Source of the DNA: Octopus bimaculoides
Lineage: Eukaryota
Reading direction: 5' to 3'
Length of the DNA: 64,000 nucleotides
Assembly: GCF_001194135.2 (NCBI RefSeq)
Contig: NC_068986.1
Coordinates: 61,908,772-61,972,771, forward strand
The position numbers and the translations under genes were made by a program. The number at the start of each line of letters is the position of its first letter. Positions within the stretch are counted from its first letter, which is position 1. The notes under the pieces are model-generated. The model was not told the DNA's origin. It worked only from the letters and a program-made list of their open reading frames with translations, and ran no database searches. Shown piece after piece: positions 12,690 to 27,245 of this stretch.

Positions 12690-15600
12690 AATTGGACTAT
12701 TAAATGAATTCTATATTACTGATTGCAATGAAGGAAAAAATGGTGTAAACTCCGTAAGCCTTATCACAAGGCCTTCTGTAAATATATTGTCATTCTCCGT
12801 TTCAGAGATAACATTAGGCGAGCCTAACAGTTGTTTGTAGTTCAGTAGATTAGCAGTAATGTTCATCTACAGACTACATTTTTTAGCCACTGTGGAGCAG
12901 CTCACTAATCAAATCATGTTCAGTGCACAGTCATCCAGACTACTAATGTCTACTTATCATTAAAGCATTACACAGTTTGAGATTAAATGAACTTACAAGT
13001 CATGATTATTATTTTTTCTCTCCCCAACTTTAGAAATTATCTTTTTAGAGTTTATTTGAATTTCCTATGTATAAAAAAAAAATAGTGCCCCAGTGGGTTA
13101 ATGTATAGAGCCCTTTGGGCCCTTATGTTTGTTAATCAAATTTTTCTAGTAAATGGATCTCAGTGTAAATCTTAAACTAAATGGTCATTCCATGTCTGTT
13201 ACAGTTAATTTTATCTTTTACTTCCTAAAGTCACAATTTTATTTTGGTGAGACAGTTGGAAGATATCTGTAATTTGCAGATAGTGTTTTCTACCAGTAAG
13301 AGATTTTATTATGTCAGCTTTTAAGGATTTAGTATTGATTTTCAGATATTTTTGATTTAGGTAAATTTTATACCTTAAAAAGAAATTTTCATTTCTCTTT
13401 TTGAACTGAAAGCACAGTTGTCTCCATTTATATACATGTCACACATGCTGTGTGTTTGTATATATTCCTACCTTTCAGTGTCACATTAATTAGAACTTTT
13501 GAATGAAGTGTGTCTGGTTTACAAGGGGTATGTTTTTGGCCATGCATACGTTTTTGATTTTTTTTTTTTTTTTTTTTTTTTTTNNNNNNNNNNTTTTTTT
13601 TTTTTTTTTCTTTTCTTTTCGTTATTGTTCATGTTCTGAAAGTTCACACTCCAGTCATAAATTTTATTCTTTCTTTCTGAGTGAGTGTAAGTGACTAAAA
13701 TTTTTTTTTTGTTCAATATATGATAGTCAAAGCATTTTGCATTCTAATGCTTTGTCTGATCTTATTTAGTCTAGGAAGAGTTGATAGTATTTATAAAATA
13801 AAATTGTGTGTTAGAAAAGATATCTGATTATAAAAAGTGGTTGGTTTTAAATTTCTGCAGACTTAATGAATTATTGTTTTAATATTCTTTTGTACTGAAA
13901 TATTCTTGGATGGTAGGCTTAATCTGTCACCCAGTTAATACCACCATCTCACTTTTGGGTGCCTCTAGCAGAGTTCATTTCTGATTCAAGCTAGGTCTAC
14001 ATTCTGGTAATGATTATTACCTCTCACCAGTCTCAGAGTCCTTGAAAAGAGCCAGTTCTCTGACAAAGCCATTTAAAAGAAGTAATTGCCTGTGTTTTGG
14101 ATATTTCTACCCATCTTGTATATACACTATAGATAGTGTTGACTTCACTTTGATGGGTGTTAAGCAAGCTCTCAGGCCTTTATATTTGATTACATTTCCA
14201 GTGTTTCTTGCAGAACTTTTTCCTTTTTCTCTCTCTTCTGCCTTTAGGGTTTATACACTTAACAGAACTATCTCTTATTTAGCTGTGCATATATATATGC
14301 TACTTGTATCTCAATATGAGTCTCTGATTGAAATGCACATATTCATAGTCTGTTATATTAATGATGGAAATAACTGGAGACTGATCATAGTAGCACATTT
14401 TTATATTGGTACTTCTATTCCCATCTCCATATCAGTTACCAAATACTGAATTTTTTGTAATGGATTGGTCTTGGGGAAGGAACCGTGTAACCCAATCCAC
14501 ATCATTTACTATCTATTGTATTCTTCACTTTTGTTTTGATACTAATAGATAGTAGTATTTCTTGGATTTTTTGCAGCATAATCAAGAACTGTATTGTTTA
14601 GACCCTTCCCTCTCTTGATATGTTTTTAATCACATAGTCAGTCAAGTAACCTAATGATGTTGACTTTGATAAGAAAGTATCCTGTATGACTTTCTGATTT
14701 AGCAGTGCACAGTTGTGGTCTGTTAGGCCTCTTGCATGCAAAAATAGCATTTTTGACAGAAGATAATGCAAGACTAGCTCTGAAAGCACCTTTGTGTAGT
14801 ATATTGTATACACCAATAACACAAGTAATGGTGCATAAGGAAATAAATGACAGGTAGTTTTGGTAATTCAATATCTTGGTACAATGTACTATTGTGTATA
14901 ACTAGCTACTGTGGTCTCAGAATATCTCTTTCATGGTTATCACTTTTGTAGTATCATTAAAACCCAATAACTTAACATATAAGATAAAATGAAGACAAAG
15001 GAGGCAGTGACAAAATGAATGTGCTGGAATTGATTTAAACTAAATTTTCAAATATATTTTCTCAATAAATATTTTAACAGTATATCAAGTATTTTATATA
15101 ATAATCTTTAAATTTAAGATTTGCAGTGAGAAATATGGTACAACATAACATGCAACTATATTATTTAAGAATATTTTCAAATGTTTCATTCATATTTTCT
15201 TTGAGTTCAGTATCACAATACCATGTTGATTGTTCTTTGAATACTATTCATGTTGTTCAGTATGATTGGTAGTGTCTATACATAAGCCATTATTCAGAAA
15301 TTGAACCAAAATGTCTTCAATCAACTCCTACAGTGCATTTTGAGAATAACTCCAAATATTACCAGATATCAACTTTCAACATCTTTTTCATTAAAAATAC
15401 TTTGATCTTTACTATGTAACATACTTACATTGAAGCATAAATTTCAACAGTGCCCAACTGCTCCAATACCAAGTGGATATAGAGATTCTGCCTCTCAGTT
15501 CACAGACTTCAACCTGCTAGAGATAGCAGCTAAGTCTTCCTCATGTCACATTCTACTATTTTGAAAGACAAAGGGCACATTGGATATTGTAGTCCTGTAT

Positions 15601-18600
15601 ATATCTATGAAAAAAAAGAGGTGGCAGGGTCATGGCTGAAAATACATTTGACTAACAGGCTAGTTTAATGTTGAACAACATTTACTTTTTCTGAGTAACT
15701 TTTGTTTATACCTTTTATTAATGGGACAAAAACATTCTCACAGGCTTGTCACTTTTCATTGTATAATGACTTCAGTGTAAAATGTATATATTTGAAGAAC
15801 AATTAGAGACACTGATACCTGTGGAAAATTACTCTTCTGTCAAGTGTTTACCAACAAATATCAAGTTTTCGTTTTCTTATGCATCTTTATGTACCTTGTG
15901 AATGGATTACATTTTCATTCTTTTATCTTTGTGCCATTCAGAGCTATTATAGATTCTTGCTGATTTAATCATGCACAGATATAGACTAATATTTCTTATG
16001 CTGATAACCAATTTTTTTATAGCTGTACTGCTTTTAGAAGTCTTAATCATCAGTATCCTAACTTCATCATTGTGTCTGGTGTATTGGTCTGTGCTCTCTG
16101 TTGGAGGAAGAAAACCTACTTACATCAAAGATGAGGCTCTAGTTGAATTTGTGGTTCATTTAAATTTGTATTTCTTTTTCCATGCTTCATAGTATTCATT
16201 TGTTGCCGTCTTTGAAATTCAAAAGAGATATTGCAAAAGTCTAAGCATTCAGAAATATAATTTAACTACTAAAAACTGACAAAGTAGGCAAATTAATGGG
16301 TTCTACAGATACTCTTACATTAAGCAGCATTGTTAGTTGTTGGTGCAAAGACAATTGAAAATCTATTCTTATATTTAATAATAAACTTCAAACCTAATAT
16401 GTATCTTCTTTTAAGGTACTATCATTTGATAGTTTTATAGCAGGTGTGTGTGTGTGTGTGGGTACTTTGTTATAATTACATCATTTGGTGACTTGGAAGA
16501 GTGTGGCTTTCTAATAGCACTTGCTTCGGTAGTATGATTTAGAGTTGAGTTACCATTCTTGTCAAACTTGACTATTAAAATTATTGCAAGTATTTGACCA
16601 ATTTCTAAATTCACTAAAATCATGTAGTTACTGCCTTGTAGAATTGTTTTCCTGTGAAAAATTCTAATTACTCAAACCTGCTAGAAATACAAGTCTTCAC
16701 TAACATGTTTTTTGACACTGTTGATCAAGGCTCACCAATAACCTTCTTGACATTGTAATATGAAACCATTATGCTCTAGTAGTTTGATAACTAAAGATTT
16801 CCTCACTTCACAGTGATGCTTCCTAGTTTTCTTTTTTATGTGGTTTTACAAGGTAAGAAGGATCCTTGAAGTTTTAACTAAACTCTTCAAGATTAGTAAA
16901 GTTCATGGTTTTTTATATATTAGTTACTTTCTATAAATTCCAAGGTGTTCTCTTAATTGTCGTAAAATATGTATTAAGAAATTGTAAGCACTAACTTGAG
17001 AAACAATCCAACCACAAATATGTGCTTAATGACTGTATTGCTGATTATAGGGCACCTGCTTTCTTGCAACATCTGAATCCTATCCAGATTCTTTTAGACA
17101 GCCTACACTCCTCTTTTGCTCAGTATTTAATACAAAACTTGAGTGGATGTGAATGACAGATTGAATTTTTGCACTTAATTATCCATTGCCCCAGTTGTCA
17201 CTCTCATCCAGCAGACGATAGCTAATTGATTTGAGTTACTGTTTCTTTTCTTTCTTTTTTCTTCTCCTGTTCTCAACTGGTGCCTACATTTACATTTGAA
17301 TCTCAACAGTAAAATCAAGTCAATGATGTCTTCTGTTCTGGGACACAATGTACAATTATGGATAGCTGTCTGATCTGACAATGCATTACACCATCAGATG
17401 AACTGGCCATTATCATTTGTTTTTATTAACAGAAGTTCTTGATTATAAAGCAATATGAATAACAATCACATCTTAAAATGCAAACCTACACTATGAAAAC
17501 AATTTTATGTCATTTAATCTAGATTTCCAAACATTAAAATTTGTAAAAGTCATGGTAAACTTCTAGATATAAAGCTCATATTGATAATGCCAAATGTAAT
17601 AGAAAAAGACCTATTGAACCTTTTTACCTTTTATTTTTTCTATTTAACAAATAAATATAAAATAGCTCCTAAGTGTTTTCTTTATATATGACATTACATG
17701 ATGTGTAATGCAATAAATGTAGGTTTTAGTATGATATTCATTTGATTTTATTAATGAAAAATGCAAGGGTGTGAGAACAGTTTAGTTTTCAAATGTTAGT
17801 CTTCCTTGTAGAGAGCTTATTTTTGTAGATTTTTCGAGTGTTACTATGGTCTTGTTATATGGGGGTGAGGTGAGAACAGTGTGTTTATTGTTCACATAGT
17901 TCTTTTTGATATTTCTCTGGAAAGAGGACTGCATTTTTCGTTTCGTTTTTTTTAACCTGTATCTACCCTGGCTGACTTCAAGCATTGTGGCTGTGATCCT
18001 AATCTTAGGTATATATATAAAAAAAAAGTGACATATTAGCTGAATTGACATTATTAAGTGGGTTGTTGCTTTCCTAACAAAGGAGGTCATTGAAAATTTG
18101 TAAAAAGAAATTTTAAGTTACTGTTCCCGTTATAAGTGAAAATGCCAAGGAGCTAATTTCAGCTAAAGCTACCATCCAATGATGGTGATATTATTTTCTT
18201 GATCAAAATACCAGCCATGTCTTTGATAACACATTTGTCTAGAGGTTAATAAAATAAGCGCCAGTCAAATGTTGGAATAGTTACTATTTTTCTGTACTTG
18301 TAGTTGTTTCAGAATAATCATCTACTTTATCAACTTTTTTTTTTTTTTTGAGGGAAAAAAATATGCCACATCAACCCCAGTAAACCATCTGATACTATTG
18401 TCATGACCACCATAGCAGAATTTAAACTAGGAATGCTAAGGGCTTATGTATTTCTGGAAAGTTTAGTGTCAGTGATAAAATGGAAAATATGAAACCAACA
18501 TGCTTCTAAGGGTGTTATGTACAAACTCCTGGTTTGTACATCACACAAATATGCATGTTTGTAAGAAGGGAATTTGGTTTAGCTATACTTAAAAGATGTC

Positions 18601-19679
18601 TCTATATGTGTATGCACTGTTGAGCTAAACATCTAGGGGCATAGTAGTACGGGTTTGTGATGTACATACTTTTCTTATGGAAATTGTTTGTCATATCAAA
18701 AGAGAGGCTGAAACATGGATATTTTCAACCTAATTAAACTTTTGTAGTTATCTAGGTTATGGAAAAGTTGGTGTATTAACATAAAAAACAAACATGTCAA
18801 CTAATAAGAGCTGATGATAGTTACATAATATTGTGTAAGTCAAAAGAATATTTTCTCCCATAAGACCGAGTGTCACAAAAAAAGCAAGCAATTTTTTCTT
18901 AATTTGAATGCTAATCAATTATACCAACTTAATTTTCTTAGAAGAGTTTAAACATCACTTCTGTCTCTAAAATTATGCTAACATTTTATTCAATGTATAA
19001 TAAACACTACAGATCTATTCACTTCTTCTGGGGAGCACAATAGTAGGGCTGTAACAAATTATTATTACTATAAGCTATTGTATATATCAACAAAATCTTT
19101 CTCTGCTTCAAACATTACAGAGTGTCTGTATGAATTATTCTTTGGGTGTCTGTCCATATGCCATTATTAGAAAATACTGTTTCTAATGTGTTTTAAAAAA
19201 TATAAATATAGTGACACATAATGAGGATGCTGCTAGTAACTGTCTTCAAAACTGAAAGAGTTTGGTATGTATATGGAATATGCAGCTTCTGTGACTAGAG
19301 CATATCAGATTTGATTAAATGTGAAAGTTAACATTCATGGAAAGATGTTTATCATGAGTTTATAAGGTTAGGTGCAGTCACTGAGGTAAAAGTTTGCCAC
19401 AAGTTTGATACCAGATATGCAAAGCATGGCAAAAGGATGGGGAAGAGATGATAATGAAAGTAGGGCAAAGCACAGATGATTAGGGAATGTATCAAGGAGG
19501 GAGTAGGAAGATGAGATGTGGGGAATGCTTGACAGGAGACTGGATGTAGGATACCACCCAGCATGTTCAAGCAAAAACAAAATGTTTACTGTTATGAATA
19601 GGTCTTCTCAAGCATAACCTTATCTCTGAGAAGCTTAGCCTCTTGAAATCAGTTTTCACTACTTTGGCCTCCCTCTCCC

Positions 19680-20190
19680 ACAAGTTCCACCCAATCAGCT
19701 CTACATACCTGACATTTTTCTCATTTTGATGTACATGCACATTGACATTGCACATCCAACAGAGTATACTAGCTTTATTCCTCTCTAGTTTTCTCACATG
19801 CCTTGCATTCAGTGCCCACATTTCACTGCCATATTTGCATTGTTTGTTCACAGGCATTATACAATCTTCCTTTCACTTGGAAGGAAAGACCTTTCGTCAC
19901 CAACAGAGTTAATAGCTCTCTGAACTTCTTCCATCTTATTCTTATTGTAGTAATTATACTTTCAGGGTACCCTCCCTTACAACAAATTAGGTCAACTGGT
20001 AACAAACTCTCCACTACATTTGAGCATGTGTCCTTAGTGTTCATTGCTCTTGTACATCTTTCACATACAATGACTATTTCTTCCATTAGCCTTCTTGTGA
20101 TTACACTGAATCTCTTGTATGTCCATAGTTTTGGAATTTCTACATATTGAGCAGGGTCATTTACTTGAAGCTGGGAAGCCATATGTGTGT
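19680..20190 (-). mobile_element. RTE LINE fragment (RT C-terminal region)
   Basis: IRIRWKKFRELLTLLVTKGLSFQVKGRLYNAC and GSEMWAL..RKLERNKASILCWMCNV; homologous to the other RTE copies. Confidence 0.8.
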
Positions 20191-20194
20191 CAGT

Positions 20195-20570
20195 AGGATT
20201 TACTTCTTGCCAAACCTCTGGAAAGAGTCTGAAGTGGTTGTCAGAGAATTTCTATGACTTCGCCAACCCCAATTTCTGGCCTCCTAATTGTAATCTCATG
20301 TGTGGGTGCAATTAAGTAAGACACGACCTGTTCTGTCTACAACACCATGGCTGAGCTAGTGGACAAGATCGAGGAGATTTTCAAAGATCTTCCCAGGGTC
20401 ATTGTGAAGAATGCATGCACCAGGTTCTGTGGCTGTCTTGAGACCACGGTGGAAGCTGAGGCAGCTACTTAAGAGTAAACCGTTATCTCCAAGCCATAAT
20501 CTAGCTCATATTTTTTGATTTTTTAAAATAATTTATTTCTGGTTGGAACATTGTTTCTTATTTTTATGAT
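20195..20570 (+). mobile_element. Tc1/mariner-type transposase 3' remnant
   Basis: Decayed LKWLSENFYDFANPNFWPPN...VWGAI and IVKNACTRF.G.LE..VEAEG; resembles the WPPNSPDLNP C-terminal region of Tc1/mariner transposases. Confidence 0.55.
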
Positions 20571-20579
20571 GTCCTGCAA

Positions 20580-23500
20580 ACAACTTGCACATGCAAGTGC
20601 TACCAGTCGAGAACTCTGCATACCAGAAGCCAGCAAGTGTATGGGGTCATCAGGAGAGAATGTGCGCCGTTTTGGGACCTATTTCTCGGCAGCATCAATG
20701 TGCACCAGCCCCACTTGCTAGATCAATATTTCTCTCGCCATCACTCATCGTCTCTTTTTTAACCAAATCCAGTGGCTAGCCTTCTCCACTGTAGTTTGGA
20801 TATCAGTCATAGTAGTATTCACCCTATGATGAGTTAGGCCTAACAATAACAACAGTCATCTCACATTGTGTCCAACAAACCATCTACATCTGACTTCAAT
20901 TGGAAAATGCTCTGCTTTCTAGCCTGCGTCTTCACATTCCATGAGGAGGTTTACATAACGGCCAATCTTTCGACCCCGAGCGGTGTCCATGTTATCTTCA
21001 TAAGGAACTTTTAACTCGACTAGATTTACAACTTTCTTTCCTTCACACCACATTAAAATGTCTGGTTTTTTCCTAACTGGGATGGGAAAGAGTCCCTGGC
21101 ACCCTGGTAAATCTGCAGTCACCTCCCAATAGCCATTCCACTTTTCATCTCTCAAAGGAAGTTTCTTGTTCTTTAAACAGATCCGCTGACCTGAGCGCAC
21201 AAAGGTAATGAAATCTCTAGTTGGTACTTTCAATGGTTTTTTTCTCACTTGTTGAGATCAATTTGGTTCTTTATAGCATTGAAGATAACCTTAAGGACCC
21301 GATTATGTCTCCATATATACCTGTTCAATGCTAATGAACAGTTGGAAAGAATATGTTTCAGTGTTCCGACCTTTCTGCATTTGCATATGTCATTCTCTGA
21401 GATGTTCCATCTTACTAGATTTGTAGGTGATGGCAAAACATCATAGGATGAATGAATCAGAAAACTTAGCTGAGATGTGGTCCACTTCCATATCTCAATC
21501 CAACTTATTTCCCTCTCAACAACATGTTCTCCCCATTTCGTCATCTGTCCTTGTTGAATACATCAGATCAAATGAAGCTTGCTTCCCTCATTTTGATGCT
21601 GTTGCTAATGACAGATCTGCATTTGCGCCACATCATACTCGCAAACGGTCTGAACTGATCTGCGCCAAAACCAAGTCCTTTCTGATAGTTTTGCATTGCA
21701 CCCACCACATCTCTAAGAGAAGACAAGATGTCATCAGTCTCCTGCTTTCCACTTCCTGGCTGTTTTCACCTCTAGTGGGTTATGCCTGATTTCCATGTCC
21801 TTCAATTTTCTTAGCACCATCACCGTCTGTATCTTCCCCAGTTTATATATTTCGACTATTGACGCTAGTGGTAACTGCAATGAACCTCTTTTACGATAAA
21901 GAGCTGAACTGTTCAACATCCGAGGTAGGCCTAGCCACTTTCTAATGAATATATTACATTTTTGTTCAATGATCTGAACTCATGACAAGGCTACCTCATA
22001 TATTAAAAGTGGCCACGAAAGTTACAGGTACAAGCCGAACTGCAAGCAACAAAGTTTATAGTTACCTGGTAACTTCGAGTTATCAATCGCTGATAATCCA
22101 GCCATGGCTTGTTTCATGATTTCCATTCCGCGACTTCTATCTGACAATGTTCCAGCGTATACTTGCCCCAAACTCTTGACGGGTTCTTCTTTGACTGTTG
22201 GAATGCTTTCTTCAGCTATTCAAAACTTAAATTCTTTCTGCACTCCCTGAACAAATGTCAGACTACGTGACCTTTTTGCTCTAAACCGCATCCTTGACCA
22301 CCTCACAAGTTCATCTAATCTCAAGAGGGCATTCTGCATGATTTGTTCATCTGTAGCTAGAAGTGTCATGCTATCCATAAAGGCTTTCTTAGGCGATTTG
22401 TTCCGAAAAATCCAGCTTTTAAAATCATCTCCATGACTAATATAAACCACATGACAGATATTGTACAGCCAGCAGCAATGCCAATCTGTTGTAAAATCTC
22501 CAGCTGTAAACCTCATTTTGAAATTGTCATAATACATCCTCATTATTTTGATCACTTTGTCTGGAATGTGGAAGTAGTCCATGGCTCTCAGCAATTCATG
22601 TGCATTAGCTAGGTCAAGCCATACCACGTTCAGACTTCTTTTGTTCTGTTTGGCATCCTGGATCGCTTTCCAGATAGAAAAACAGTGTTCAACGCATTCA
22701 GGGATTCCGGCCTTTTGAACAGATTCATCAACATATCCATTATTCTGTAAATATGTCACTGTTCTACTCGAAAGAATTCCCATAAAGATCTTGCCTTCCA
22801 CATTCAATAAGTATATTAGCTTAAACTGTTTCATAGTCTCTGCATTGGCCTCCTTCAGCAGGTATATACCTTCTGCCTTACACCAATCCTCTACTAGAGT
22901 CTCTTCGTGCCACAGTTGCCGGAGTAGGACAAAGAGCTTCTTTCGCAGACAATTGCAATATTTATAGACTTTATATGAGACGCCATCACCTCCTGGGGCA
23001 CTCTTTGCTCTAGCTTTTCTTATGAAATCATTCACCTCTCTCTTCCTGACATCCCCAATTTGAAATTCGATATCGGGTTCTGAGATGATTCAGCCCATGT
23101 AAAAGTGGCAGTGGCTGGTTACGGTGCGGATCGCTGGAGGTTTCTTTGATATGAGCATCCAATTCTTCTTTTATGCACGATAAAGAGCCACTCTTTGGTT
23201 CAGTGAACAGCTTCTTAGTAAACCCGTATGGGTCCTTCAGAAACTGCCCCCCCAAGTCCTTTTACTCTCCTTTCGACGCTCGTATCAACATTTCCTTTTC
23301 AAATCGTCATACAGCAGCACGAGGCCAGGTTTTTCATCTTCTGTAGCCCATTTCCATCACTTTCTTAGGCTGGTCTTTTCCTGATCCTCCTGCTTGGTCC
23401 ACACTTTCCTTTCACTAATCGGATACTCTCTTTCACTCCAAATAATTCCTTTCCTGTATTGTAAATTGAGTTTGTTAATTTTCCCAGTTTCTCCACTGTA

Positions 23501-23975
23501 GAGCCTGTCATTTTATAAAGAGCTTGACATACCTTGTTTTCAAACTCTTTATATTTCTCTTTATCATTAGCAGCAGGACACAAAACTATCTGATGTATCA
23601 GTTTCATAACTTGCAGTTTCCTGACAGGAAGAGATCTTTGCTGTAGCATTTATCAATCCGCTATGGTTTGCGTCTGGGGATGATTTGCCACGTGTTTTAC
23701 GATCAGATGATCTACACTGCTCTGTCTTCTTTTCACAAGTCTTTCCTTGATGTATTTTCAAGCCTCTCACAGTTGCAAAGGTTCTACAGCACAGCTTGCA
23801 TCCAAAGTTGTTTGCACTTCGTTCGCTGTTCGAATTTAACCCAAACACCCTGTACATATCTGCCCCTCTGACATAGTTTCACTACTCATCATCTGGTGCA
23901 AAGTCTCCTCTCTCAATACTGCTCTCCCTCTCAGTTGAGGTGTCTTTGTTTTGCAAATTACTAGTGACCTCACCA
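20580..23975 (-). mobile_element. HERO/NeSL-type non-LTR retrotransposon with restriction-like endonuclease, near full length, frameshifted
   Basis: In order: N-terminal zinc finger CKLCCRTFATVRGLKIHQGKTC, RT (ARAKSAPGGDGVSYKVYK, WLDLANA, AFMDS), CCHC knuckle CKCRKVGTLKHILSNC + RHN, and PD-(D/E)xK motif KPDILMW...ELKVP. Confidence 0.85.
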
Positions 23976-23984
23976 GTCTTGCCA

Positions 23985-24128
23985 TATAAAAAGCACTCAA
24001 TACACTCTGTAAAGTGGTCGGCATTAAGAAGAGCATCCAGCCACAGAAACCATGCTGACAGTAGAGCTTGGCACAATCCTCTGGTTTGTCAGCATAGAAA
24101 TCTCATGTTAAACGATGAAGATCACCTT
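23985..24128 (+). mobile_element. RTE-tail short element abutting the HERO 5' end
   Basis: aaaagcactcaatacactctgtaaagtggtcggcattaagaagagcatccagc...gttaaacgatgaagat matches the RTE 3' terminus. Confidence 0.65.
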
Positions 24129-25699
24129 CATTAATTGTTAATCCATTAACCAAAAAGTGAACTTCGTTATCCGTTAACGTTAACGGTTATTGAAAAAAGG
24201 TATAACTTCAGTTTATTACCACATCAACTTTGTTGCCTCATAACTTCCAGAGAAATGGATACTTTTTCACGAAACTTTCACCAAATAATCGCTTATATCC
24301 TGAAAATTGAGTGTATGTAAAGATTTAGAAGATTTCACAGGACCCGACATTTTCCCCTTCATAACTTTCTGGAAAATAGGTATTTTTTAATAAAATTTTA
24401 TACAAATATCTTTCAGACGGTGTAGATTACGATTACAAAGAAATTTGTAGACAAAATTTTTGGAGGGGGAAGGAATTCTGGAAAACAGTTTCAGATCAGA
24501 CTGCCTACATAAGTTGGAAGTTCTCCGTTTTGACAGGGATATTTTCCAATGTTTTCCCCCCAATGTCTTCAGTATGATAGGAAGCATCTTTTTATGAAAA
24601 AAAAAAATTTTGAAAATTTATTTTGTTTCATGCCCACCACCCCAGTCCGAAATGATTTTAGCCATTTCTTTTTTTTTTTTCCACTATGCACTTAAAACCT
24701 GTGATAGAAACATTTTTGGTTTAAAAAAAAATTGTTAATAATTTCAGAGGAAAATGTGTGATTTAAGGGATATCTGGCTGTTGTTTCTAGCACATTCCAA
24801 AACCTCTCTCCTCGTTTTTTTTTCACTCACACATCTATTGATATTTTTCAATATTTTTCTCCCCATAAACAAATTTTATGGAATGATAATGTCAAAGTAA
24901 CACACATGTAGTCCCACGTGAGCAAGTCCGTGTTGTGTGTGTAAGAAAAAAAAACCTCTTTAGTGTTCATATTAATCTGCGAAACGTAATGCTTATTTGT
25001 TCACATTATCGTCATCATCAATAATATTAATACACTTATTTTTTTTTGTTTTCATACATACATACCTGTGGTGTGTGTCACACTTCGAAGGAAGAGGTAA
25101 AAAGGTTGAAGAGCAAAGTACAAAGAAATAGAAAAATGAAAGGTGTTAAGCAGAGTGAGTGGCAAAGTGGGAGAGAGGGGAGGGACAGAAGCAGAGGAAG
25201 TATAGTTGAAGTGAGAGGCAAAGAGGAGGGATGAGAGAGAGGCAGGGGAGATTGATAGCGCTGAGAGGTAAGTGAACATGCCTTAAATGCAGGAGAACAG
25301 AAGTAAGGAAACAGAGTAGGGAGGGGGAAAGAGATTTAGAGAGATAGATTGAGTGAAGGGAGTGGATAGAGAATAATAGTGAAAGAGAATGTTGTCTATC
25401 TATCCGTCTGCCTCTCTAACACACTCTCTCTCAGCAAAGAGCTGTGGATGTTACTGTTCTTTTCTACAATTGAAGGGAGAGGTAAAATGTTTATCGGTAT
25501 TTTCAGAGTAGAATGATGCATACATCAAAAGAAAAGCAGATACATAGATACATACACACATTGTTAAATTAAAAGTGGGAGAGACAAGGGACACAGAGGA
25601 AGTGAGAGAGACAGTAGATACATAGACACATTGTTAAATCAAAGACAAATAACTACAGCAAATATTAGACGTCACTTTCACTTTGCATTACCACACAAG

Positions 25700-25855
25700 G
25701 ATAAAATTAACTTGCAATTGGCTGAGTACTCTATAGATATGCATACCGTTAACATAGTTCTCAGGGAGATTCAGCCTCACACAGAATATGACAAGGCTGG
25801 CCCCTTTCAATAACAACTCATTTTGGCCTGCTGAGTGGACTGGAGCAAGATAAAC
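25700..25855 (-). mobile_element. SINE family A fragment
   Basis: cagggagattcagcctcacacagaatatgacaaggctggcccctttc shared with the other family A copies. Confidence 0.6.
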
Positions 25856-26182
25856 CTTCAAGTGGTTGGAAGAAAATGAAAAAAGATCCTATAAAGGGGC
25901 AGGAAAATCTTTTTAGTCGTTAGGGTCGCTATGGGTGTTAATCTGGTCCTAACAGCAGCATTTGTGGGTCTCACAGATCTGGAGGTCAAGTCCCCAAGTA
26001 AACACCAATGCACAGGCTGTTGTTATCAAACTGAGCATGAGTCCAGAGTGAAGTCACTACACAACGGAATAGCAATTATTTTGTCCTAGCTTTCACTGCT
26101 TATACTAAACATGACATTTTTGCTTTATGATATGGAACATTTCCTTTTCTTCACTCTTTTTTAAAAAATGGCACTCTGTTGC

Positions 26183-26490
26183 TTACCATGATGAGGATCC
26201 TGTTTATCTGATCAATGGAACAATCTGCTCATAAAATTAACATGTGATTGGCTAAGTATTCCACAGACATGTACACCATAACAGCTCTCAAGTAGATTCA
26301 GCCTCATACAGAATGTGACAAGGCTGGCCCCTTTCAATTACAGCTACAACTCACTTTTGCCAGCTGAGTGGACTGCAGCAAGGTAAAGTACAGTATCTTG
26401 CTCAAGAACTCAGCATGCCACAGGAAATTGTACTCATGACTTTACATCATGGGCCGAATACCCCTAACCACTGAGCCACGCACCTTCACT
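26183..26490 (-). mobile_element. tRNA-derived SINE (family A), near full length
   Basis: Reverse complement begins gtgaaggtgcgtggctcagtggttagggg (A-box TGGCTCAGTGG); body as at 45152. Confidence 0.75.
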
Positions 26491-27245
26491 CTCTTAAACA
26501 TAGAGAAAGGGATTAAAGTGATAGAGATAGAAAAAGGAAAGCCTCAGTCATTTAAAATGACAATTACACTGAAATACAATTGATCTTTTCTAGCTTCTTT
26601 ACTTTTAACAATGAAGAAGAGGGAAAGACATTTAGTAATTAATACAGGGAAAGTCTTTCAGGTGTTTACGTTTTCATTCTAGGAGTTCTAGAATGATCAA
26701 CTGTTAGTTTTCTCTTCTTTCCCCTACACCCGGTACTTATTCGCCTTCTTTCATGTCTTTTAGTTGGGGGGAAAGACCATGTTTTTTTTCAGGCACGTTT
26801 AACATTTTCTCTACAAACTAGAAACAAGCCCCACTTTTTTTTTTTCATACAAAAACTAATGCTAATTTTGAACAGGGTATAGCTGTGAAAAGAGCCCAGA
26901 AAATGGGTAATATCTCCTACAAAATGGGTGGGGGAGAAAAGTTGCCAACAGGTGGCTACATGAAATTCAACTCTATACTTTAAAGAGTATCTTCTACTAT
27001 AGCCTCAGGCTGACCAAAGCCTTGTAAGTGGATTTTATTGACAGAAACTGAAAGAAGCCCATCATATACACACACACATATATATATACGTATAAGAAGG
27101 GATGACTACTAAGTGGACATCCGATATGCTAGAAAGAGATCATCTATGATCTAACCACAAAGAAAAGAATGTTCTCTAGAAAAAATTCAGCAAACACCAG
27201 AACATAAGTGGGCAAGACAAATGAAAATATACAAAATAAAAAATT

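Noticed and set aside
15421-15515. Perfect minus-strand donor (GTAAGTATG) with a possible upstream acceptor
   Set aside because: The single open frame (VEVCELRGRISISTWYW...) is unrecognised and no partner exons were found.
17782-18090. 102-aa minus-strand ORF with protein-like composition (also 14598-14871 and 17175-17381)
   Set aside because: No recognisable domain and no consistent exon chain or phases; compatible with chance ORFs in unique AT-rich DNA.
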